From: Octopus sinensis
Taxonomy: Eukaryota
Direction: 5' to 3'
Assembly (NCBI RefSeq): GCF_006345805.1
Contig: NC_042999.1
Coordinates: 148,800,001 to 148,864,000, forward strand
Length of the DNA: 64,000 nt
Every line of letters begins with the position of its first letter. Position 1 is the first letter of the stretch. The notes below the pieces were generated by a model. It was not told where the DNA came from. It was given only the letters and a program-made list of their open reading frames with translations, and did not search any database. Shown in pieces: positions 14,341 through 28,806 of this stretch. The translations under genes and the position numbers were made by a program.

Positions 14341-14876
14341 ATTGCCACACAATTTGTATTGTATTTAAGGGCCCTTTTGACCAATGAATAAAGAATTACA
14401 ATTTTTTTTTTTTAATTTATTAATAATAATATCCTTCTTTCTGCAGTAACTTTTGTTGTAAATTTAGAAATCATTACCATTTTCATTACTATTAATATTA
14501 TATGACAGTCGAGAGTTTTTAAATAACCAGGTATATTTGATAAATTTTGGCACTGATATATTTTAAAACCAATTGTATCAACCAGACTTCATTGAGCTGG
14601 AAGAACGAAAGTTAGCTATCTGTCTATTGGCTGATTTTAGGGTTTGTGTGGGAGAAAAAAAATGTATGCTTCATCTGTCAAAAGAGGCTAAACAATCATA
14701 AATAATAATAATGATAGTTATGGTGATTTTTTACACAGACATAAAATCTAGGATTCTCAGATTCTTTTTCTTCAGAAGGCCAGGAACTGAATGTTGTGAA
14801 TATCCTAAAGTCAGTCATACAGAAAATTAATAAAACCATTATACATGCGTTTGTATTATATACATACATATACGTG

Positions 14877-14910
<34 letters not shown>

Positions 14911-15511
14911 CACATAAATACATGTTTGCTTGGATATCTTATATGGATGTGTGATATATATGTGTTTATGTGAGAGTGTGTGTGTGTATGTTGCTATGTA
15001 AATGTTCATTGATACACTTAAGTGCGTATATGTGCCTGCGTATTCTAAACGCATACATACTAAATCGATCTGATATATATTTTTTTATTTGGTGTCAAAT
15101 CTAAATCTAAATATATATTTTTCGTACATCCCATTATTTCTCTCTTAAGATAGAAAATAGAAGGTAGGGCGAACTATTTGTGAGTGTGTGTGTGTGTTTG
15201 TTTCCAGGTGCCCAATATCGACACAAATAATCGATAATTCTTAACATGATTGTTGTAATAATAGTATTAGTAGTTTACAAGAGTAACGGTAAAGTTGCTT
15301 GTCGCAAGCATTTCGGAGGAAAAGCATTGCCAGTCTTTTATGGCCTTTTTTCCTCGTATTGAACTTCAAATAGAAAGAAGAAATGATTCCGTTTCCGCAG
15401 TCGACTATTCCATAAGAGTACATATGCTTCGTAATGAATAAATAAATCTTCATTATAATGAATCTTCCTCGTCTGAACGTGTTGGCTCTGCGTGCCAACC
15501 TGTGCATACGC

Positions 15512-15549
<38 letters not shown>

Positions 15550-17627
15550 CATACACAAGAAAGAACGCAAATATATTCCTATAAACCCGGTTTTTCTTTA
15601 GAAAGAACTGGAAAAGAAAAAGATCTCATGTCCTTCATACTGAGCAATGCAAATAGATTCACTCAGATATCGTAGTATGATGTTGCGACTTTCATTCCTG
15701 TTCTCAAGGCATTAGCCATGTAAATCGATTTCTGTTATGTTTGTCTACACCCAAGATAATCATACAGGTCGCGCACGCACACACACGCGCGCGCGTACAC
15801 ACAAACACACCGCATATGTATAGAAGCGATAGAGAGACCGAAAGAAAGATGAATGAATCAAACGACAGGAATTTCGTTGACTGTCATAGAGATGTCAACC
15901 AGTTGTATTGCAGCTGAAGGATGGCTGAGACTTCTAATATGGAAAGATTCGTGCTCGGAACTCCAAGCTATCTAACTACTAGTTCAATGCTCCACTTCTA
16001 AATCGCTCTCTGTCTCCCTCTCTCTCCTGCCGTATATACTCTACAAAAAAACCTAAGACAGACAAAAGATGAGGGGGTGAGTTCAATGCCTTCTGAGGAT
16101 AGATGTGCATTGATAAAATATGAACTCACGTCTCTCCACAGTTCAGAGAACGGTGTTAACGGAAGCTTCATTTGAAACCAGAACGACTGATCTTCAAAGT
16201 GTCCTCAATTCACGAGTGAATTGAGGACACTTTAGACAACCCAATTTTCAATTAAGTGATACATTAACATAATTTGCTAATTACACTGAAATGATTTACT
16301 GATTAATTTGCTTCAACAAGGATGCTAAAACCTATGATACGTCCACTTTAGTAAAGGAAAAAATTATCAATTGAAATGAGATGAGACATTCACCCTCCAC
16401 AAATACACACGTGATATGCCCCTCCTGCTTCCTCATTGTCTGGACACATTGTAGAAACCACTCAACCGTGGTCTCGACAAAATACGGCGCCCAATCACAC
16501 TTCATGTGAACAATCAATGAACCTTTCGGGTGGGAGGAAGCAGTCACGTGCAAATGAAACAAGGGAGCCTCTATATGGTCGAAGCGATCTACTAGAAACA
16601 ACAGCCAAATCGGCCCCAATATCAATCACAAACTCTTGAACAAAGGACACAATTGAGTAATGTAGTCCTTATTATACAAAACATCTCAGATCATAAGTCT
16701 ACTCATTCAGAAAATAACCTAGGGCTAAACAACAAACTACAACCAAATAGGAAGCAACTAGAACTGATCGATTTGCTAGAAATATCTACATCTGCTTCAA
16801 AACTCTAGCCGTCTTAAGAAAAGGCCACATTGAATAGCGTAATCCTACACAATATTTGAAAAGAAAATGAATAGTTAGAGCTAAAATGTTTTTGATCAGA
16901 TCTGACCCAGTGTTTAACAACAATAAACTGACAGCGCACGCTCACATTTTTATCTGGAACAGTTCTGTTGTTGTTGTTTGAATATGAGAACCCGAAGGAG
17001 CTGCACTTCTCCTTTAGACTAAGGGAATCATGTGAGTGAGAGATGCTTCAACGATGCTTTTAAAAGATTTTCTTTCCTCCCCCTTTTTTTTTTTTTTATT
17101 CTATTTCAAAACCACCACTTCGATCAGTTCTTAAGAAAGATCCACTCCTCCTAACCTCTCTCTATCTTGCTTCTCTAGAGACGAATGCAGTGGGCTTAGT
17201 TGCGCGTAGAAGGGCATAACAGTAAACTGCATTTTAATAATCATGTGGAATTCAAGCAGTTGCCAATCAGATAACAGAATGATGCTGTGGTATGCAGCGA
17301 TCGAGCATTAGAAACAAGAAATAATATCGGGCCACAGCACCTCCCCCCTCTCTCTCTTCTCTCTCCCTTTCTACGCGTCACATGGAGAGAAGCATGCCGA
17401 GTTAGTCACTCCTTCCTCCCCGACACATACATACACCACACACCACTATCACCATCATGGGAACACGGCGGCGACGGCGGTAGCGACAAAAGACTAACCT
17501 ACTGCAGTTCAAAGACAATAATAATGGCACTGTAGTGTATGCGTGTGTGTGTTGCGACAGGGACAAAAACAGAGTCGGTTCGTATTTGGAGTAATCTATC
17601 TGTATGCTTGATGGCATATATAAACAA

Positions 17628-17666
<39 letters not shown>

Positions 17667-20600
17667 GCGGTGGTGCCCCAGCATGGCCGCGGCCTTCGGA
17701 CTAAAACATTTTTGAGGATTTAAGGATATATATATATCTGCGCATATAAACATATACATACACACATTCATATATATATATATATATATATGGAAACATC
17801 GCCTATATATATATATATATATACACACACAATATATATACTTTTATACACATATGCAAATACACAGACACAGGCAAATATTTTGTGTGCGCACACGCGC
17901 CTATGGTTACATGTGTGTGAGAATTATGTTTGTATACGAACAGAGAAAATTGAAAGAGAAACTACAAGGCATGGAAAAAAAAAAGTGGATTTGTGAATGA
18001 GAGAAGAGAATAAGAGAGATGGCGAGAGAGAAGACAGAAGAATAACATAAAAAGAGTTTGCATCAGTCAAGAGAGAGACAGAGAGAGAATGTGTGTGTGT
18101 GTGTAATTAAACAAAAAAAAGGCGGCTGCAATGAGGAGCCAACTACTGAAGCCGAACTTGGACGACCACTGATTTATTTATTATCTTTAATCATTTCTTT
18201 AAACGAATAACAAAAGATAGGAGATTAAAGAACGTTATCAGATCAGCCAAGGTGTTTTACAAATAAACTGAGAAGCAAGAGTACGTTGGAAACAATTATA
18301 ATCTAGAGGAAAAATGCTCGATAGATATATATATAATGTGATAGATACTGTTATGAAAAATACATATACACACGTCTGTGTGTATGTTTGAGCCAGTGTG
18401 TGTAGTTTTAAACACGCTCAAATGCGAGCAAAGCAAGTATAGAGAAATGGTGCTAACAAAAAGGGGTGAGAGGAGAGAAACTGAAAGAGAAATGTGTTGC
18501 CGGCGATAGCATGAAATAAATCAACAAAGGTCGTACCGACCACGTGAGGCGGACAAGAGCATTCACACTAAATATTTACGAAGTAAACTCATGCTAAAAA
18601 TATGTACTTTTCCAATTTTTTTCTTTTCTTCAAGTTGTAACGAAAGATCACCATATGCTTTTTATGTTCTGTGTGTGCGTGTGCATATATATACATATAT
18701 ATATATGTGTGCATATATATATGTGTTTGTGTGTGCATATATGCGTGTGTGTGCATTTTTTTCACGCAGTTTTCTAAAACTTCTTAGAATACTGAAGGCA
18801 ACGGAGAGAAAAGCTAATGTATGTTTATGTTGTGTATTAAACCAGCCATTTTTTTTTCTAAAGAAAGATTTTCCCCAACACCCAAAAACATTTGTTAAAT
18901 ATAATTAGCCCAATTTAGTAGGAGTATCACTACTGAAACTCCTGATTTTTATAGAGCCACAAAGTATCGGGAGGTTGGGTCAAATGGGATTATGTGACGT
19001 TCATGGCCTTCTTGGTGATGAAGGGTATCAACGACCTATGGTGAATAGTGGATACAATAGGAAATCAAAATATAGTTGAAGATCCGGCTACGCAGCAATA
19101 ATAAATAGGATTATTTTGTGCTTCATTGCTTCTATGTAGAAGGTGTAAGGTGGTTCAGTCAAGGAAAAATGTAGCAATATAGTCGACCTCGTTATTTTAC
19201 AGGTATTATTTTATCTACACTTACATATAAGTGGAGAATGAAAAGGAGCGATCAACTATGAATTTCAACATTTCTCATTATTGTCTATGCACCACCAGAA
19301 AGTAGACCTCTTACCGGTCTGACTAGCACAATAAAAAATAAAAATCAATGTAGTTCACGAAGGCGTTTATTTCCAAAAGTTTGTGAAATACGCGTTTTAA
19401 TCACGAGATGAGTAACAACAATATTCAATAACAACATAAAAAATGTTTGGCATGTAAATATGTATGTCTTGACATGTAACTATATACAAGCATACAGTCT
19501 GCACACACACTAACACCAAATACTTGTAAATCCATGCACAACAACCCTGTTGTTGTTGAAATACCACTGAAGGAGCCTTGGATCTAGGTTATAAACGGCC
19601 TGTTTCTCCATTGAGAAATCGAGAAATAAAACTATATAATAGCATACACATGCATGCAAGCATACATATGTTCTTGAAATAATGTTGGTGAATGGAAAAG
19701 AATTTCTTGCTAAGATAAAATGCAGGAAAATTAACACACATGGTGGATCGATGTCTTGCTCTCCCGAGACGTTTTCAAGATGAATTGAAACAAGAGTAGA
19801 TAATGGATATTCCACTTTGGTTGAGTTCAGTGTGTGCGGGTGCGCGTACGTGTGAGAGATAGAGAGAGCGTAAGACAGTCAGTCTGAGTTCTGAAGAAAA
19901 AGAGAGAAAGAGTTAAAAGTTCTATTTATATAGATAGCCAGTGTATAATGGAAAGTTGCAGTTCTTTCATTGATAAAAAAAAAAACCTCATTGAAAAATA
20001 CTGAAGGACTAAAACTATACTTGGTTGCACAAGGGATACTACATTGGCCCTTTGTAGATTGCTAAGAAGCCTGAATTGCAAAACCTCACAGCAAGAAAAA
20101 ACCAAATGATACAAATATTCAAAAGAGTGAATGTTAACAGTTGGCAAAAGGAGTGATAAAAACTAACAAAGAATGCATACGCAACACATCAGTGGTGTGT
20201 GTACGACGTTTATACAAGATGCAAATGAATCTGCATGATGTGTACTTTTGTACAAATGATTATCTAGAGAGTGAATAAGCACTGATATAGTGTTTTGTTA
20301 TACATGCAAATAAATGTTTTGTATTCACAATCACCATCTGTTACTCCAGTGAAAACCGAGTTGGTTCACAAAGTGAAGCATTTTGTTATAGAGTTCTGTA
20401 CTGTAAACTGCAGCTTTGAAAAAATGATGAGCTAGTAAGCAGTGTAATTTCCTGTATTCTTGAGGTCACACCAAGAACACATCGGCCGACTATCTGGGCA
20501 GTCAATAGAAGCAATGCCTGGACTAATGTGCCATAGCTGGTCTAACGTCTTAATCTAATGGGCAACAGACGTTAACCACTCATCATTATAGCATTTTGTC

Positions 20601-21344
20601 TAAGTCGCTGGTCAGTCCAAAAAGTGGAAACTTTATGTTTGGTTAATATACTGGTGTCATTCACGTTACCGTGGTGATAATAGAAAATAAATTTGAAAAA
20701 TTTTATAGTCGTTATCAGGAAAAAAACTGATCAAACACCAGGATCACCAATATAAAAAGTACAGCTGCAGGAGACAACAACAAAATATATATACAAGTTC
20801 TCTTTTATTTTCTATGCAAGTCAACTTCTTGCAGCCTAAGTGATGATAAATCAATGTGGTTAAACGGCATATGTTTATTTCCAAAAGTTTGTAAAGTACA
20901 GCACTGAATGATATAGTCATCTCACAGAGATAAGTAACAATTTTCAATTACAACATCAATTAAAAAAGGAAAAGAAAATCAGATTTAAGTTAAGCATGTA
21001 ATAGTGATGTACATTTTAAAAACATTTTTGTGAATGGAAAATATTGCCATGATAAAAATTTAAAAATTAACTGCGTATGGGTGGTCAATAATATAGCAAA
21101 CTGGTGTCTTATTCATGCATCTCGCATTAAGACCAAGTGAAACGAGCCTCCAAGAATTACGGGAGGAAGTTAATTTCAAGCCAGAGACCTGGCCGGCAAC
21201 AGAGTGGAGTCCACGAACAGTAGGTGGTGTTACTAAAACAGGCGACTGATTAAGTTTACCACCAAAGTAGGCCATGACAAAATTTGAACTCGGAGAGCGA
21301 AGGTTTGGAACAAATGCAACCAGACATTATATGTTTCTTTAGTG

Positions 21345-22175
21345 CCCACAAGGCAAAGTCGACCTCGGCGGAATTTGAACTCAGAACGTAACGGCTACGC
21401 ATTTCGCCCGGCGTGCTAACCTTTCTGCCAGCTCGCCGCCTTGATCAACCAGGCATTGTATCCGATGCTTTAAATTAGACACGGCCAATTTGCAATTTGG
21501 CAGCAGCAAGAAGGACGTTTGGTATTGAATCCAATCGTATTTTGTAGGGTGTCCTGGGCCACCCTATTAGGAGACATGCCTAGAGAAAGGGGCAAAATAC
21601 TTTGATGTATATAATAACGATCCGAGTTCAAATCTCGCTATAGTTGACATCGCTTTTCATCTTTCCTGAGTCGATAAAATAGATAGGAACCAATCAAGAA
21701 CTAAAACTGAATACACCCACATTATATTCACAGCGTTTTACTTTTAATTTTAGATAATCCAATCTTTTATGCATATTTCTCACTTAACATACCAACCCCA
21801 ATTGTTTATTTCAGTTTCATCTTTGTAGGGTGGCTTTGTGTTACTTATTTTATCGACTCAACAAGGATGAAAGGCAAAGTCGATTTCAACTCCTGCCAAG
21901 ATCGACTTCGCCTTGCATCCTTCTGTAGTTGATAAAATAGATTACCAATGGAGTACTAGGGTCGATATAATCAGCTGTTCCTCTGATCCCAAACTTCTGG
22001 TCTTGTGTCAATGTCAGAAACTATTATTAAAGTAACGAGCTTGGCAGAATTGTTAGCACACCGGACAAAATGCTTAGCAGCATTTCATCCGCCTAAGTCG
22101 ACTTTGCTTTTCATCCTTTCGGGGTCGATGAAATAAGTACCAGTTGAGCACTGGGGTCGATGTAATCGACTAGTC
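21345..22175. mobile_element. SINE family B fragments in both orientations
   Basis: Minus-strand head 21345-21442 (GGCAAAGTCGACCTCGGCGGAATTTGAACTC...CCAGCTCGCCGCC). Plus-strand fragments near 21625, 21895 and 22030. Confidence 0.8.
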
Positions 22176-24029
22176 TCCTGTTGTTATTATAATAATGGAG
22201 TAACAGGAACGATATGAAGATATTGCCTCGCGATTTTGAGTTGCAGTCTAAGTTCAAATCCTTTCTCTAGCAGATAAAAATGTTACTGTAACCGTCTCTT
22301 AAAATGTATCTATGTTAAAAATCATTATTATTTCTATGAAATAAACTTTAACTCACCGGTAATATATGTATCCAGTAGTTGACTACACCCCTCCGGTAAC
22401 AACGAAATATCTATATACATAAAAAATGCGGCCAAATCTCCCAAAATCACATCTTAAAACGAAAACACTTTGGATAATGTATAGTCATAGATATATAATG
22501 TCTAAAAGAAAAACCGATACAGTAGTCACAGCTGGAGCGTCTCAAACACATAAGTCAGAGCAAACCAGGGTTAAACAACTACACCGTTGTCAAAAGCTCG
22601 CTTCCACTACAATTTTTAACAGCATGGTTTATTGTTGGTAACCAAGTTGTTAACCCTCAGTGCATCTCAGAGTGAATACACCTATGATCAAAAGCATTAT
22701 AGCTGTGACCATGGAGTTTTTATTTTTTCTTCGGTGCTTCAGTTTATTTAGAACTACATTCTCTTACGTGTCCGATTTTTTTTTTTAGGTTCTATGAGTT
22801 GAGAGGGATTATTTTGGCTGCTATTTTTAGCCGTTATTGTTGTTTAGCCTAATTGTAAAGACCTCTATAATGAAAGCTGCTGTAAGTCATGACCATCCCG
22901 TTATTTTGACAGTATGTATTAGGACAGCGTTATTTAATTTGTCCGTTATTTAAGGAAGTAAGAAGTGTAGTTTCGGTGAGATTTGGCTGCTACAGCTAGC
23001 ATGCCGAGCAACCCACACGATGTTGCTGAACAAAACAAGACCGGACGGCTGCCGCTGCCTCCAGGCAAAACAACAATATTTCACAGCTGAGTGAAGTGAA
23101 AATAGAGCGAAATTGGTTTCGAAGTTGTTCTATTTATGAAGTGAAGGGTTGTAACGAACAGATTCGTTGGTGCTTATTTGTTGACAAGGAAATATTCATT
23201 CATCTTTTGGATTTAAACTGAGAGGTTGCTATAACGAAATAATCAGAACATCAGAAAAGAAATTATAAATTTTATCATAACATGGTCTCGTTTAAATGGA
23301 CTTTATATATATATATAATAATTACACACTTTTATTAGTAATGACGACAGCTAGCATCGATCATAATTACAGCAATGATTCGTACTGATCAGAATTACAA
23401 CTATAACTGATTTCACTGTAGTCTGGAAAGGTCTGTGTTCGTGGGTTTCTGCAGGTCCTTTGAGACCGGTGAGGCCGACACGGTTTATAAGTTGATCAAA
23501 AAACAGAGACGAGTCAACGAGAGAGCCTCTATGCCAGTGGTACACAAGCTGACAAATTTTAGTCAACACACACACACAAAATTCCCTTCGTCACTTTATT
23601 AATGAAAGGGTAGAATAGAGTTTGCATCCAAATTCCCCTTTTTTTGGCTATAGTGTTGGAACAGTTAAAATGTTTAAAAACATTTTAATTTTATTAAGCA
23701 CAGCAAATTTGTCCCCATACACGCAGCCCCTTACCTGTAAACACACTACGTAATCGCACTATCCGCCAGAAATGGCAGCCAAATTTCCCAACTCCACCGT
23801 CTTCATAAAAAAGGCCATATTGAATAATCTGGCTCTATGCCAGAAAAAAAGACGGTGATGCTCACAGCTTTGACGCCTTTTGACCATATTTTATGGGGCT
23901 CAACAACAAGAATAAGGAAGGGAATTACAGTAAGGGTTCCTGGATTGAAAGGCAGAATCGGTTATCATGGAAACATTAATCTATTGAATTAAAGTAACGG
24001 GCGTAATGAAATAATTAGAACAAGAGTTT

Positions 24030-24450
24030 TATCTTGACAGAACATGCTTTATATACTTTCTTTTACATGTAATAGAAGCCACTGCAGGAAGGAGACCAAT
24101 ATATGGGAGACAAGAAAATAAGAGATGAGTGGGTGAGAGATGTCTGATTGGAAATGGCGGGAGAGCAACCAGCTTTGAGAAGAGGCCATCGTAGTAGCGG
24201 TATAAAATGTATACAGAGTCGACAGCACATCTGTGAGCCAAAGGATTGAATGAGCTAGTGAGCGCCCTGTATTACAATCAGACGAATGGCCTCTGGATGT
24301 AGTCTCTAGGCTGTTTGCATGTACAGCAGCAGCATCGCATCAAATGTGGGAGCAACACTTTAGAAGGGATCTCACACGAACTTAGTAGAAGGCTCGTAGT
24401 TGTTGTTGGGGGATGAAGTATTTCCTGATCCCGAAATAAAAGACCAGCCT
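24030..24450 (-). pseudogene. Degenerate CR1/L2-group LINE ORF2 (C-terminal to RT)
   Basis: Across frameshifts it reads RKYFIP..L.AFY*..RSLLKCCSHI*.DAAA / DYIQR....ALTSSFNPLAHRCAVDSVYILYRYYDGLFS. This matches the CR1/L2-type motifs RKYF..EYCSHIW..A..LD.IQ.R and LAHRR.V.SL..FYRYY. Confidence 0.75.
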
Positions 24451-26596
24451 TTATTGTGTCAAATGTTCGTTGCGTTACCATACATAATACAGAGACGAAG
24501 TTTTTTTTGTTACAGCAGTTTTATTCAGTATTTTTTTCTAAGCACTCACTCAAATTGCTAAAAAAATCCGCCAGGATCTCCCTAAAATTCACAGCCCCTC
24601 CTAACGTTTTATGAAATAATATAGGCAAACAAGCTGAAAAAACAAGCTTGTCATTCCTGGAATGGATTTTATCATTGATCAAAGGTGACTCGGAATTAAC
24701 ATAAAAGCTCTGTGTCACCGCTCGATTTGTTAGAAACTGCAACCGAATCTCCACAAATAAGGCTGGCCATGGGCGAAACAATATAAGAGTGAGGGAATAT
24801 ATTAAAGAAACTCGTATGTAAGTCAGTCGCATAGGTCTTTTAGTGTAACAGACAAATCTTAGTAAAGAAAGCCTTAATATATTTAAAAGAAGGGTGACAT
24901 ATTGCAATTCTTGTATCATAGGTAGGTAGCTTGTTTCAACAATAATAAAAACAGGGTGGCAACAACTAGATACTACATGAATGGTTCTTCTAACGACTTC
25001 CTTGTTGTTACACATCCATTCAAGCAAAACGAATAATTTAATAATAAAGAGAGCCTTTTCAGTGGGTTTCTAACATATTCTAATTTTTTTTTTTTTTACA
25101 AAGGAATCTTTTTAGTTTCTTTTGCTGATAGGGGTAACCCTGAAGATGTGCTTTTAGAGACATTAGTAGCAGTATCACCACTTTCGACTGTGTCTAAATA
25201 TGAAGATCCATTTAACTAAAAACTATATTGACAATTACGGAGATGTACTTGAAGGTAATCAGAATAAGGAAACAATTCTAATTGCAAGAATTAATAATAA
25301 CTACAGCATTAATGTAGCAATCGCAACAGCAGTATTAATATAGAAACGGCAATTTGAAACTTATCGCAATACTGTTATTAATATATCAATACTAATATAA
25401 CCACTGTGTTAATGTAGAAACTATATTCAGAATATATTAGTTATAGTAAAATTAATGTCGAGGTATAGTAATCATATAAATAAAGAAAAAAAGTAGAAAT
25501 AGTAGTATTCAAAAGAAAATGGTATCAGTAATAATAAATGTAATACTAAACCCAATACCCCAATACTAATCGAAATAATATTAATCTTAACAACAGGTCT
25601 TAGCTATTGATCAAACTATCGATATTGGAGGTGCTAACGGGAAACGACTTGCGCAAAAACTATAAAAATGAGTTCTTAATTTTGAAGGACAGTCGTTAAT
25701 TAGCACAGTATGGATAATTAAGGAAGCTTATCAAAGAAAAGAAATTAGGAATATTCGCCAAATGAAAGTTGTATTGATCGATCGGCAAGTAAGAACTTTG
25801 GCATTTGCGAGACTAGAACTACCTGCAATGACGGGAGTGGGTAGGGAGAAAGCGGTGCTGAAAAATTTAAGAATGTCTTTACAGCCAGGAAACAGAAAAT
25901 AGGTTTTACATACTCATTCGCTCCACCTCTTCCTAAATAAATTTATAGAAATCATACCTGTACTTTCGAGTTTGAGTCTGTTTGGAGAGAGTGAGAGTGA
26001 GTGCGATAATATTACAAATACGTTTGTTTTTCTTTTCCTGATTCTACCCTTGTACATATATTTGAAGAAAAAAATAGGAAATCCACTGCCTTGGAGATCG
26101 GATTTAATTTATGAATAAATTCAACTGTTAGTTGTTTATTTCCCATAAACACATTTTAATTGTGGGTTACTGTTCAAAGACAACAAACGTAATAAAGACC
26201 AACTGTCAACTGCTACCACATTAGACCTGTCTTAAGATATTACGACTTGCCATATAGCATTGACCGGGGTTTTTTTTTTTTTAACTATACACACAGAGGA
26301 CAAGTGCATACAAATGGAATTTTCTAAATCACATCGAACAACACTCAGATCTACAGCAAGATAAATTGAAAAAAAAAAAAAACAAATTTTACACACACAT
26401 TTGTGCGTATAGCAGAACAGAAGTAGAACTCAGCAACAATATTTTTTTTTTCTATTTGGCAATCAGTAGGGATTTACAAGAATTTCGTGTATGTTGCTTG
26501 CCACAAGTTATGTATGCGTGAAAGTTTCAGCCCTTTTGTAACTATGTGCACGCATACATACATACATAATGTATATATATATATATATATAATATA

Positions 26597-26635
<39 letters not shown>

Positions 26636-26656
26636 ATGTGTATATATATATATATA

Positions 26657-27945
26657 TCATCATCGTCGTTTAACGTCGTTCTCCATGCTAGCATGGGTTG
26701 GACGGTTCGACCGGGGTTCTGGGAAGCCAGAAGGCTGCACCAGGCTCCAGTCTAATTTGGCAATGTTTCTACAGCTGGATGCCCTTCCTAACGCCAACCA
26801 CTCCGTGAGTGTAGTGGGTGCTTTTTACGTGCCACCTGCACAGGTGCCAGGCGGGGCTGGCAACGGCCACGGTCAGATTGGTGGTGTATTTTATGTGCCA
26901 ACGGCACGGAAGCCAGTCGAGGCGGTGCTGGCATCGGCCACGAGTCGGATAGTGCTTTTTACGTACCACCAGACCAGGGATCCTCGCTGGTTCAATTCGA
27001 TTTCGATTTCGCTTGCCCCAACATGTCTTCACAAGCAAAGGGGGTTGGCAAGGGTGCCTGTCGTACGGTCGCATTGGAGTATTTTACGTGCCACGGCCAC
27101 GAGTCGGATAGTGCTTTTTACGTACCACCAGACCAGGGATCCTGGCTGGTTCAATTCGATTTCGATTTCGCTTGCCCCAACATGTCTTCACAAGCCAAAG
27201 GGGGTTGGCATGGTGCCTGTCGTACGGTCGCATTGGGGTATTTTACGTGCCACGGCCCCGAGTCGGATAGTGCTTTTTACGTACCACCAGGCCAGGGATC
27301 CTGGTGGTTCAATTCGGTTCGATTTCGATTTCGCTTGCCCCACATGTCTTCGCAAGCATGGGGGGTTGGGATGGGTGTCTGTCGTCGGATGAGGGTCTAT
27401 ATCGACTTCGCTTGCCTCAACCGGTCTTTGTGTCCAAGGGAGGAAAGGCATTCATAAGTGGGCTGGGCTCACTTGTCCTGCCTGGTCTTCTCACGTACAG
27501 AATATTTCCAAAGGTCTCGGTCTCTGGTCATTTCCTCAGTGAGGCCTAAAGTTCGAAGGTCGTGCTTCACCACCTCGTCCCAGGTTTTCCTGGGTCTACT
27601 CTTCCACGGGTTCCCTCAACTGCTAGGGATGGCACTTTCTCACACACCTATCTTCATCCATTCTCGCCACATGACCATACCAGCGCAATCGTCTCTCTTG
27701 CACACCACAACTGATGCTTCTTAGGTACAACATTTCTCTCAAGGTGCTAACGCTCTGTCGAGTATGTACACTGACATTACACATCCATCGGAGCATACTG
27801 CTTCATTCCTCACGAGCTTACGCATGTCCTCAGCAGTCACAGCCCATGTTTCGCTGCCATGTAGCATGGCTGTTCGTACACACGCATCATACAGTCTGCC
27901 TTTTACTCTGAGCGAGAGGCCTTTAGTCACCAGCAGAGGTAAGAG

Positions 27946-27946
<1 letters not shown>
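26657..27946 (-). mobile_element. 5'-truncated RTE-clade LINE (ORF C-terminus, 3' UTR and (GAT)n tail)
   Basis: The minus strand reads [37 protein letters not shown] and continues to GRPRKTWDEVV, typical RTE post-RT motifs. It ends with CATGCTAGCATGGAGAACGACGTTAAACGACGATGATG. Confidence 0.9.
26936..27380. repeat. 159-bp tandem repeat (about 2.8 copies) inside the RTE 3' UTR
   Basis: GGCC(A/C)CGAGTCGGATAGTGC starts at 26936, 27095 and 27254. Confidence 0.9.
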
Positions 27947-27990
<44 letters not shown>

Positions 27991-28767
27991 TACATACATA
28001 CATACACACACATATATATTTACACGTACATATATATTTACCCATATATATATATATAAACATATACACATATATATATATACACACATATATACATGTA
28101 TATACACATATACACGTATATATATAACATATATATACACATACATATATATATACACATATATAAACACATATACACACACATATACACATACATATAT
28201 ACACACATATACACATACATATATACACACATATATATACACATACATATATACACACATATATATACACATACATATATACACACATATATACACATAC
28301 ATATATACACATACATACATATATATATATACACATACATATATATATATATATATACACACATATATATACACACACATATATATATACACATACATAT
28401 ATATATACACACATACATATATATATACACACATACATATATATATACACACATACATATATATATACACACATACATATATACACATATATATATACAC
28501 ATACATATATACACATATATATATACACATACATACTATATATACACACATACATATATATATATACACACATACATATATATATATACACACATACATA
28601 TATATAATAACACAACATACATATATATATACACACATACATATATATATTACACACAGACATCATATATAATACACAACATACTATATACACATATATT
28701 ACATACACACATATACACACACATATATATAACACAATACATATTATATATATATATATATACACCA

Positions 28768-28806
<39 letters not shown>

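Noticed and set aside
13683-14387. Long YI/HT-rich ORFs here and at 27.8-29.4, 39.4-40.5, 41.2-41.7, 42.8-43.1 and 50.5-50.8 kb
   Set aside because: They are translations of (TA)/(CA)/(GATA)/(TATG) repeats, which lack stop codons in most frames.
24076-24132. Plus-strand 57-nt exon candidate (KPLQEGDQYMGDKKIRDEW) with AG/GT ends
   Set aside because: It lies antisense within the CR1/L2 relic, so the splice-like signals are most likely coincidental.
15050-26500. Conserved bilaterian miRNA hairpins
   Set aside because: A by-eye scan for well-known mature sequences found none. Lineage-specific miRNAs cannot be excluded without small-RNA data.
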